Assembly: GCA_049974095.1 (NCBI GenBank)
Contig: JBMFJD010000002.1
Span: 1-32,000 of the forward strand
From: Nanopusillaceae archaeon
GTDB taxonomy: Archaea > Nanobdellota > Nanobdellia > Nanobdellales > Nanobdellaceae
DNA: 32,000 bases
Direction of reading: 5' to 3'
Part shown: piece after piece, positions 24,240 to 32,000 of the stretch
Layout: every line of letters starts with the position of its first letter
Position numbering within the stretch: position 1 is the stretch's first letter
Position numbers and translations under genes: made by a program
Notes under the pieces: generated by a model
Databases searched by the model: none
What the model saw: the letters and a program-made list of their open reading frames with translations, nothing else
What the model was told of the DNA's origin: nothing

Positions 24240-25856
24240 TTATTTTATTATTTCTTTTAATTCTATATATGTAGCTAAAGACCATAATTGATGTATAGCA
24301 CCTGCTATTTTCATTTCATTAGCGCTAGATCTTTCTGGTAGTGTTCCTATCATTTTAATAAATTCATTATCAGAATTTAATATATTTTCAATTATTTTTT
24401 CATATTTTTCTTTATTTACTTTATATAAAGAAATTGCAGCAATATTGTTTATATATATCCATGAATCTCCATTATGCATTGATTTTCCCTCATTTTTAAA
24501 GTAATTATCTTCATTGCTTTCTCCTATAAAATCTTTATCTAATTTTGATAAACTAGAAAATCCTCCCCAAGATAAATATAAATGATTCATCGAATAATCA
24601 AATATCTTTTCCCATTCATAATTTGAAAACATTTCTGGATAATAATAATAAGATAAAAATATATTACATCTTATTTTCTTATCTTTTAAATCATCATATA
24701 AAGAATAATCTGATAAATAATATCTCCTTATAGAAAATTTTATCTTATCTAATTTTTCTTTATATTCTTCATTTTTATTATATTTATATAAATTATCATA
24801 TAAATTTGCCATAAGAAATTGTATTTCTATTGGGTATTCTCTATTTAAAGTATCCATCCATGTTTCATTTGGATATGCTTTAAATAAGAAATATTTTTCA
24901 TTTAAATAGTTTTCTTCATATAATTTTAATTTTTCAATAATAATATTTACGAGCTTTTTAAATTCATCTTCATTAAATAAATTATTAAATTCGAACAATC
25001 TTTTTGCGTATAATCCAATTCCATCAGAATTACCAATATTTTGATCTTTAATATTCTTTAATCTTCCATCTAATAAAAAATAATTTGAATATTCAATTAT
25101 CTTTTCCTTTACGAGATCTTTATATCCTATATAATATAAACCTGGAAGAGATATTAAAACATCTCTTGTCCATTCTTGGAAATACCATGGAAAACCTGCT
25201 GATATATGATTATTATTTATAAATGAGGAAATTCTTTCTTCAATTAAACTCTTCTTTTTTTCTCTTTTATTCTCTTCTTTTTTCCATATTATTTCTATTT
25301 TATTTCCTATAAATGTAAATGGAGAATATAAATATCTCTCAAATGGAGGGGATTTCTTATATTCATCATAATTATAAAATACTTTTATCCACTTTTCATT
25401 ATTTTCTAAATAATTTTTAAATCCTTTTATATAGATTTCGAAATTTATATCTCCTTTATTAAATTTTATTTTTATATCTTCTTTGTTTATTTCATAATTA
25501 TATATTCTTCCCCATTCATCTATATCATATAAATGCCTTATATCAAATAGAATATTTATTCTAGATTCATCTTTTGTTTTATATACAAGTTTATTCTCTA
25601 ATAATTGATATTCTTCCCAATTTCTATCTTCATAATTTATTTTTATTTTATTAGTATTCTCTAAAATAATTTCTTCAATTTTTTTCTCTTTTATTCTCTC
25701 ATTTTCAATTCTATCTATCACTTTTATATAATAGTTCCTATATGGAAGTAATAAACCAAAATATCTACTATTATATAATAAAGGTAACAAAAAAAAGGCA
25801 TTTTTATTTGTCAATATAGAATAATGAATCTCCTTTAATTTCATAAAATCTTCCAT
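24240..25856 (-). CDS. Glycogen debranching enzyme, amylo-alpha-1,6-glucosidase type (GDE_C/GH133-like)
   Basis: AGFPWYFQEWTRDVLISLPG matches the GFPWF..WGRDT.I(S/A)L signature of the amylo-1,6-glucosidase domain. The (alpha/alpha)6-type C-terminal region (GDSWIYINN) is present. Confidence 0.72.
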   Translation of the reverse strand: MEDFMKLKEIHYSILTNKNAFFLLPLLYNSRYFGLLLPYRNYYIKVIDRIENERIKEKKIEEIILENTNKIKINYEDRNWEEYQLLENKLVYKTKDESRINILFDIRHLYDIDEWGRIYNYEINKEDIKIKFNKGDINFEIYIKGFKNYLENNEKWIKVFYNYDEYKKSPPFERYLYSPFTFIGNKIEIIWKKEENKREKKKSLIEERISSFINNNHISAGFPWYFQEWTRDVLISLPGLYYIGYKDLVKEKIIEYSNYFLLDGRLKNIKDQNIGNSDGIGLYAKRLFEFNNLFNEDEFKKLVNIIIEKLKLYEENYLNEKYFLFKAYPNETWMDTLNREYPIEIQFLMANLYDNLYKYNKNEEYKEKLDKIKFSIRRYYLSDYSLYDDLKDKKIRCNIFLSYYYYPEMFSNYEWEKIFDYSMNHLYLSWGGFSSLSKLDKDFIGESNEDNYFKNEGKSMHNGDSWIYINNIAAISLYKVNKEKYEKIIENILNSDNEFIKMIGTLPERSSANEMKIAGAIHQLWSLATYIELKEIIK

Positions 25857-25907
25857 GAATTTAATTTCAATTAAATATTTATATTTCTTTTTAGATATAA
25901 ATATTTA

Positions 25908-27107
25908 ATGAAAATTTTATTCTTATCTTGGGGTATACTTCCTCAAAAAACCGGAGGTCTAGAAAAAGCAACGTATTATTATTTTAAATATCTTGATTCC
26001 TTTGATAATGAAGTATATTTGGTTATTCCAAATTTAACAAGTGATGTAATAAATTTTTGGAAAGATAAAACAAAGAAATCAAAAATATTTGGATTAAATA
26101 TTCCAATATATAGATCATATATAGATTATTTTAAGTACGAATCTTTTACTTTGTATAGAAGGAATATAATTGACTATAGAAAATCTGTAATGGAATATAA
26201 AGAAAAGGTAATAAGGATTGTAAAAGAATTAAATTTGGATTTTGATATAATTTATTCGTATGATTGGTTAACAGCACCCGCAGCAGTTGAATTAAAAAAA
26301 ATTTATAACAAGCCATTAGTAATTCATTTTCATTCTTTATCTTATGATAGAGTTGGTGCGAATCCTGATTTATTAAAATACTTGGTTGAATATGATTATG
26401 GAATAGAATTGGAAGCATGTAGAGTTGCAGATAAAGTTGTTACTGTAAGTAAAAGAGAAAAGGATGTTTTAGTAAAATATTATAATTGTCCAGAAGAAAA
26501 AATTGAAGTAATATATAATGCTCCAGATGATGACTTTTCAATAAAAGATAAAATAGAAAATAAAATAAAAGAGAAATATAAAATTGTATTATATTTAGGG
26601 AGAATGACATTACATAAAGGACCAGATTATTTATTATTGGCTGCAAAAAAAGTATTGGAAAAAAGAAAGGATGTATTATTTATATTTGCAGGAACTGGAG
26701 ATATGATAGATAAATTAATAAAAATGGCTGCAGATTTGAATATATCAAAAAATGTTATTTTTACAGGTTGGATTGATGATAATTTGGCAGAATATTTGTA
26801 TTCAATTTCGGATATCTTTGTTTTACCATCAGTTTCTGAACCTTTTGGTTTAACACCATTTGAGGCATTACAATATAAAGATTTTATAATAGTATCAAAA
26901 CAATCTGGGGTATCTGAAGTATTAAAAAGTGTATTAAAAATAGATTTTTGGGATGTAGATAAATTAGCAAATTATATTTTAGCATTATTAGAATATCCAA
27001 AGTTGGGAGAATTTGAAATAAAATTATGTTTAGAAGATATAAAAAATTTATCTTGGAAAGATTCAGTTAATAAGCTTTTGTATATTTTCAGAAGCTTGGG
27101 TAGATAA
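25908..27107 (+). CDS. glgA: Glycogen synthase, GT5 archaeal/bacterial type
   Basis: It carries the N-terminal KTGGL motif (LPQKTGGLEKA) and the GT-B C-terminal motif SEPFGLTPFEALQ. Its overall layout resembles Pyrococcus glycogen synthase as I recall it. Confidence 0.75.
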   Translation: MKILFLSWGILPQKTGGLEKATYYYFKYLDSFDNEVYLVIPNLTSDVINFWKDKTKKSKIFGLNIPIYRSYIDYFKYESFTLYRRNIIDYRKSVMEYKEKVIRIVKELNLDFDIIYSYDWLTAPAAVELKKIYNKPLVIHFHSLSYDRVGANPDLLKYLVEYDYGIELEACRVADKVVTVSKREKDVLVKYYNCPEEKIEVIYNAPDDDFSIKDKIENKIKEKYKIVLYLGRMTLHKGPDYLLLAAKKVLEKRKDVLFIFAGTGDMIDKLIKMAADLNISKNVIFTGWIDDNLAEYLYSISDIFVLPSVSEPFGLTPFEALQYKDFIIVSKQSGVSEVLKSVLKIDFWDVDKLANYILALLEYPKLGEFEIKLCLEDIKNLSWKDSVNKLLYIFRSLGR

Positions 27108-28253
27108 ATCAATATCTCTTAGTATATTCATATAGGATATAAAAGCATCATAAGGTGTTACAAATGCTTCTTCTCTAAAATATTTATGTACATCTCCATC
27201 AGCATTATATTTTAAACTCATATAATAGAAATTATCTGATGTAGATAAATATCTTAATATTTTCAATATTTCTTCATTATTTTTATTTTTATGATATAAT
27301 TCTTTTAAATAATCTAATGCTTCCCTTTGTATACTATCTCCAAACCATGCAGACAAGTCTCTTTCAATATCTGCCCAGGATATCAAATTCTCTATGCTTA
27401 ATTCTCCCTTTGCTTCAAATTTATTTGCAGCTTCAATAATTTTATATGTTTTGAAATATTTTTCTTTTCCAATATATTCAAATAATTTATTCCAAAATTC
27501 AAATATCCCTGCTTCTTTCCATATATGTTCCCCAATTGTTTCAAAATCCATAAAAATATTTATTATATCTCCAGGAGTATTTTTTAACCATAGATAATAT
27601 TTATCTGCAGTCAATGGATATTCTTTCCAATCCCTATTTGTAAATCTAAATGCTATATCATCAGATAGTCTATAATTTCTTAATAATAATCTTAAGTTTG
27701 TTCCTTTTAATTTATATACATAATTAGGACTCCTCCATCCTAATATTTTTTCTGTTCCTTCAGTCAATGCAGCTTCAAATCCTAAAGAATATACAATGTT
27801 TCCAATATCATTATTAAATACAAGTTCAAAATTTCTGAAGGATTTTGCTTTATATCCAAATATTTCTTTTATTTTTTTTCTGTGAATTTTTATCTGATTT
27901 ATAAATTCTTCTTTATCCATTAAATATGAAACTGAATGATAATATGTTTCTGCAACAATTTCAACATTTCCTGTATCAACAAGTTTTTTCCATAGTTCTA
28001 ATATTTCAGGATGATATAATTCTAATTGTTCAATCAATGTACCAGAAATTGAAAAAGAAAATTTTAAATCATATTTTGTTATAGCATTATATATTATCTC
28101 TAATGCAGGTTTATAGCATTTATTTACAACTCTGTCCAAAATTCTTTTATTTATTTCGTCATTGAAATAATTTTTTGATCCAATATCGAAAAAAGAATAG
28201 TATCTTATTCTTCTAGGTTGATGCGCATGGAAATAAAATACTATGCCTGGCAT
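27063..28253 (-). CDS. Glycoside hydrolase family 57 enzyme (alpha-amylase-like)
   Basis: The N-terminus MPGIVFYFHAHQPRR (the GH57 HQP motif) and FMDFETIGEHIW are present. Its 3' end overlaps glgA by 45 nt, convergently. Confidence 0.8.
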   Translation of the reverse strand: MPGIVFYFHAHQPRRIRYYSFFDIGSKNYFNDEINKRILDRVVNKCYKPALEIIYNAITKYDLKFSFSISGTLIEQLELYHPEILELWKKLVDTGNVEIVAETYYHSVSYLMDKEEFINQIKIHRKKIKEIFGYKAKSFRNFELVFNNDIGNIVYSLGFEAALTEGTEKILGWRSPNYVYKLKGTNLRLLLRNYRLSDDIAFRFTNRDWKEYPLTADKYYLWLKNTPGDIINIFMDFETIGEHIWKEAGIFEFWNKLFEYIGKEKYFKTYKIIEAANKFEAKGELSIENLISWADIERDLSAWFGDSIQREALDYLKELYHKNKNNEEILKILRYLSTSDNFYYMSLKYNADGDVHKYFREEAFVTPYDAFISYMNILRDIDLSTQASENIQKLIN

Positions 28254-28290
28254 AAATATTTTTTAAATAAATGATAATATAAATTTATTT

Positions 28291-28611
28291 ATGATAGAAG
28301 TAAAAAATGATAAAGAAGTTTTTATCACTATAGATGGACAAAAATTATATGGTCTTTATGATCTATTAATTTGGTTATATAATGCAGATGAAAATAATTT
28401 TTTATATCATCAAAAAGGAGGGCACTTTTACAATTGGATATATAATTCATTAGAAGAAAAAGATGTAGCAGAAGAAATAAAGAATATAAATAGTAGAGAA
28501 GAAATGATAGAAATAATTGAAAGATATTTAAGAGGATATGAATTATATGTAAAGAAAAAATATAAAAAGGAAGAGGCAGAAATAGAATTTATTAAAAGAT
28601 TCGAATTATGA
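28291..28611 (+). CDS. Small soluble protein (106 aa), unknown; first gene of a three-gene coupled unit
   Basis: FITIDGQKLYGLYDLLIWLYNADENNFLYHQKGGHFYNWIYNSLEEKDVAEEI. Its stop overlaps the next start (ATGA at 28608). Confidence 0.6.
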   Translation: MIEVKNDKEVFITIDGQKLYGLYDLLIWLYNADENNFLYHQKGGHFYNWIYNSLEEKDVAEEIKNINSREEMIEIIERYLRGYELYVKKKYKKEEAEIEFIKRFEL

Positions 28612-29273
28612 TACTATCATTTATTTCTCTTAAAGGAGGTGTTGGAAAAACAACATTATCAAATAATTTAGCAGCATATTTAAGGAAATTCTATAATTAT
28701 AAAGTTTTAATAATAGATACAAATGGTATATATTCATCTAATTTTATATTTCTTAAAGATAAAAAGTTGTTTGGAGATAGATTGTGGCAAGATATTAAAA
28801 TATTGCCATTTTTCCATTTAAAAATAACAAATGGATTACCAATGAATTATGAAAATGATTTGATTTATTTAAGAAGAATATATGATGTAATAATATTTGA
28901 TGTATTTCCAGATCCAAGCTTAATATATTCTATTGAAAAAATATCTGATACAAATTTCTTAGTTTTAAATCCAGATTTATATTCATTATATGCAAATAAA
29001 AGATTATATGAAAATCTGAATAAGGATAAAATAAAAATAATTTTAAATAAATATGATAAAAGCATTGATATAGATTTTATAGAAGAAATATTTGGAAAAG
29101 AAATATATTCTGTAATACCATATATAAAAGAATTTAATGAATATCAATTTCAATATACTCCAATAGCATTTTATAATGAAAAATCAAAAGCATTAAAATA
29201 TATAGATGAATTAGCATATTTAATTACTGGAAGAAAAAGAAAAAAAGGAATATTAGATATTATATTTAGATGA
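28608..29273 (+). CDS. ParA/MinD-family P-loop ATPase (deviant Walker A)
   Basis: SLKGGVGKTTLSNNLA (the KGGxGKT motif), VLIIDTNG and VIIFDVFPD. It has ATGA overlaps with both neighbours. Confidence 0.8.
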   Translation: MILSFISLKGGVGKTTLSNNLAAYLRKFYNYKVLIIDTNGIYSSNFIFLKDKKLFGDRLWQDIKILPFFHLKITNGLPMNYENDLIYLRRIYDVIIFDVFPDPSLIYSIEKISDTNFLVLNPDLYSLYANKRLYENLNKDKIKIILNKYDKSIDIDFIEEIFGKEIYSVIPYIKEFNEYQFQYTPIAFYNEKSKALKYIDELAYLITGRKRKKGILDIIFR

Positions 29274-30907
29274 TATTATTTGAAGAATCTTGGGAAGTAT
29301 GTAATAAAGTTGGGGGAATATATACTGTTTTATCTACAAAATCAAAATATATAAAGGAAAAATATGGAGATAACTATTTTTTAATAGGACCATATAAAGA
29401 AAATCCTGAATTTATAGAATTAGAAGAACCAAAATATATAAAAGAAATAAATTTTGAATTAGAAGATATAAAAATTCATTATGGATATTGGGATATTGAA
29501 GCAAAACCAAAAGTATTTTTAGTAGATTTCAAAGAATTTATGGAAAAAGAAAAAAATTTATGGAAATATAAGTTTTGGGAATGGTATAAAATTGATTCTT
29601 TAAAATCCGATTTTACATTTGATGAACCATTTTCATGGTCTGTAGCAGTTGGTATATTTTTAGAAAAATTAGAAAAATATTTTAATGATGTAAAAATTTT
29701 ACATGCACATGAATGGTTATCTGGAGGGACAATTTTATATATTAAAAAGAAAAATTTGAATTATAAAACAATATTTACAATTCATGGAACTGTAATTGGA
29801 AGAAGTTTATCGGAAAGAAATGTAAATGTATTTGAAGTATTAGATAAAATTGATCCGGATAAAGATTCATATAGATTAGGAGTACATTTTAAACATCAGT
29901 TAGAAAAAGCAACAGTATTAGATACAGATATATTTACTACAGTTTCAGATAATTTAAATGAAGAAGCTCAAAAAATATTTGGAAGAAAAGCAGATTATAT
30001 TACATATAATTATATTAATGTAAAAGAAAAAGAATTATATTATTATTATGAAATTGGAAGGAAATGGATTAATGAATTTTTAACATGGTATTTTTATCCA
30101 TATTATGATTTACCAGAAAATTATCTATTAATTTATACAATTGGGAGATATGAACCATATAATAAAGGAATAGACTTATTTATTGATATATTAAAATATT
30201 TGGAAGAAAATCAAATAGATACAATTGCATTTATATTTGTTCCATATTATTATGAAGGAATAGATGAAAATATAATAAAAACATACAAAGATTATATTAA
30301 TTTAAAGAAATATCTTGAAGAAAATCAATATGAAATAATAAGATCTTTATATAATAAAAAAAATATATTAAATTATCTTGATAGAATAAAAAATAGAAAT
30401 CCTCCAATTGTTACTCATAAGACAAATGAATCATTTATTATAAATAAATTAAAATCTGTAGGATTAAATAATAGTAAAGATAATTTTGTAAAAGTAATAT
30501 ATGCTCCAATATATTTAGGAAAAGATATAATATTTAATTTAGAACAAGAATATTTATTACCTGTATTTGATTTTGGAATATTTTTATCTAGATACGAACC
30601 ATATGGATATACGCTATTGGAAGCATTATATAATTTTGTCCCAATAATAATATCAAATAAAACAGGATTTTATAGAAATCTTTTGAATAAAGGAATAAAT
30701 CATGATTTTATAATATCTGTAGATCCATATAATATAGAAAATGAAAAAGAGAATATATTAAGAAAAATTATTAAATATAAAAATTTAGATTTATATAAAA
30801 AATTAGAAATTAAAAAACAAATGTATGAAATATCAAAGAAATATAGTTGGAAGGATAATATTAAAGAATATATTAATATTTATGAAAATATTTTAAAAGG
30901 TCAATAA
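29270..30907 (+). CDS. Glycogen synthase of the eukaryote-like GT3 family
   Basis: The N-terminus LFEESWEVCNKVGGIYTVLSTKSKYIKEKYGDNYFLIGPY is close to the metazoan/fungal glycogen synthase N-terminus as I recall it (FEVAWEVANKVGGIYTVL.TK.....GDNYFLVGPY). It also has HAHEWLSG and the C-terminal YEPYGYTLLEA. Confidence 0.85.
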   Translation: MILFEESWEVCNKVGGIYTVLSTKSKYIKEKYGDNYFLIGPYKENPEFIELEEPKYIKEINFELEDIKIHYGYWDIEAKPKVFLVDFKEFMEKEKNLWKYKFWEWYKIDSLKSDFTFDEPFSWSVAVGIFLEKLEKYFNDVKILHAHEWLSGGTILYIKKKNLNYKTIFTIHGTVIGRSLSERNVNVFEVLDKIDPDKDSYRLGVHFKHQLEKATVLDTDIFTTVSDNLNEEAQKIFGRKADYITYNYINVKEKELYYYYEIGRKWINEFLTWYFYPYYDLPENYLLIYTIGRYEPYNKGIDLFIDILKYLEENQIDTIAFIFVPYYYEGIDENIIKTYKDYINLKKYLEENQYEIIRSLYNKKNILNYLDRIKNRNPPIVTHKTNESFIINKLKSVGLNNSKDNFVKVIYAPIYLGKDIIFNLEQEYLLPVFDFGIFLSRYEPYGYTLLEALYNFVPIIISNKTGFYRNLLNKGINHDFIISVDPYNIENEKENILRKIIKYKNLDLYKKLEIKKQMYEISKKYSWKDNIKEYINIYENILKGQ

Positions 30908-30920
30908 ACAAAATAAATAT

Positions 30921-31577
30921 ATGACAAGCTTTGCGAGCTTTATAATTAATCTAATAAACTATTCTGGGATAAGTTTTATATTTTTATTTATATTTTATTT
31001 CGCAGTATTTTATTCATTATTATTATTTTTATTTAAATTTATTCAGATAAAAGATCAACAAAAACAACAAAGTCAAGGACAAAAAAAGATAGAAATAGAT
31101 AAATTTATTGCTTTATTAATTTCATTATCTGCAGCATTCTTTTTAGCATCTTTTTCAGGTTACTATTTATTTACTCAATATTTTTTGGCATTTTTAGCAT
31201 CAATGATTATTGCTTTATTCTTCTTTATTTTAATAGTAAATTTATTAACAAATGGCGCATTCTTTAATTATTTATCAAATTTATTTAGCAATCCTCAAAA
31301 CTTATCTACATCTAGAATAAGATATGTTCCAATATTTACTATATTAGTGATAGTTCTTTTTGCATTACTTGCAATATATTATGCATATCAAAGTTATTTT
31401 TTATCATTAACAGTAGGAACAAGTTCTCAATCCCGAATGTATCAAATAACATTTAATCAATATATTTTATTTGCAGTAATTTTCTTTGTCATTTTAGGAG
31501 TATTTATTATAGCAATGAGTTCTGGAGGAGAAACACAAAAGGGAGGAGGTGGGGGAACTCAAGCAAAAAGTAAATGA
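30921..31577 (+). CDS. Multi-pass membrane protein (218 aa) with a Gly-rich C-terminal tail, unknown function
   Basis: About 5 hydrophobic helices, a Q/K-rich loop and the tail SSGGETQKGGGGGTQAKSK. Confidence 0.6.
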   Translation: MTSFASFIINLINYSGISFIFLFIFYFAVFYSLLLFLFKFIQIKDQQKQQSQGQKKIEIDKFIALLISLSAAFFLASFSGYYLFTQYFLAFLASMIIALFFFILIVNLLTNGAFFNYLSNLFSNPQNLSTSRIRYVPIFTILVIVLFALLAIYYAYQSYFLSLTVGTSSQSRMYQITFNQYILFAVIFFVILGVFIIAMSSGGETQKGGGGGTQAKSK

Positions 31578-32000
31578 TTATTTTTTTATTTCTTCAATTA
31601 TACAATCATCCCCACATAGTTTTCCTATATCAGAATAAAATTCTGATAAAAGACCTATAGGTATTTCTAAAATTGCTTCATAATTTTCTCTCCAATTTTC
31701 TCTAATTACTTTATACTTATTTTTTATAATTCCTATTATTTTAAACTTTTGAGGATAAACAATTAATCTTATATTTTTATATTCTATCTTTAATGGATAT
31801 TTTTTTCTTATTTCCTTTATTACTTCTTCTGCTTGTTTTTCAATTGGTTTGTTTAAATCAACAGTATATCTTATCATTTCAAATAATTCTTTTGCTCTTT
31901 CATATGTTAAAGGCATATTATTTTTAGCATCATATGAAATTCTTCTTATATATTCTATTATTTGCTTTTTTCTTTCTTCTATTAATTCCCTCTTATATTC
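31578..32000 (-). CDS. Ribosome maturation protein SBDS/Sdo1, C-terminal part (the ORF continues beyond the window end)
   Basis: The frame stays open upstream of the listed Met (…EYKRELIEERKKQIIEYIRRISYDAKNNMPLTYERAKE...). The C-terminal IPIGLLSEFYSDIGKL matches the archaeal SBDS C-terminal domain pattern. Confidence 0.7.
   Translation of the reverse strand, partial: EYKRELIEERKKQIIEYIRRISYDAKNNMPLTYERAKELFEMIRYTVDLNKPIEKQAEEVIKEIRKKYPLKIEYKNIRLIVYPQKFKIIGIIKNKYKVIRENWRENYEAILEIPIGLLSEFYSDIGKLCGDDCIIEEIKK

Overview
The window is very AT-rich (about three-quarters A+T by eye) and tightly packed. It reads as archaeal: it carries archaeal-type DnaG primase, class V fructose-1,6-bisphosphate aldolase/phosphatase, stalk protein P1, archaeal adenylate kinase, Taw3, TrmY and SBDS. 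TATA-like boxes sit about 26 nt upstream of several start codons, which suggests leaderless mRNAs. Four tRNA genes (Leu-UAG, Arg-GCG, Pro-GGG, Thr-GGU) stand out as GC-rich islands with no encoded CCA. Together with many 1-45 nt gene overlaps, a decayed oxidoreductase gene and a stalk-protein gene outside its usual operon, this suggests a genome-reduced thermophile. A Nanoarchaeota/DPANN-like lineage is my inference and has not been tested. There are three main blocks. (1) 448-7081: nine co-directional, translationally coupled genes. All encode proteins with one N-terminal hydrophobic helix, and most have Asn/Tyr/Cys-rich, sequon-dense domains. I recognise no family, and this is my best candidate for an undescribed cell-surface filament or adhesion system. 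(2) 7053-23318: housekeeping genes, an ABC transporter, a thermopsin-like glycoprotein and the tRNAs. (3) 24240-30907: a glycogen island with a GH133-like debranching enzyme, a GT5 (KTGGL) glycogen synthase, a GH57 hydrolase and a eukaryote-type GT3 glycogen synthase. The GT3 gene is translationally coupled to a ParA/MinD-like ATPase and a small unknown protein. I saw no CRISPR array, rRNA, transposase or integrase.
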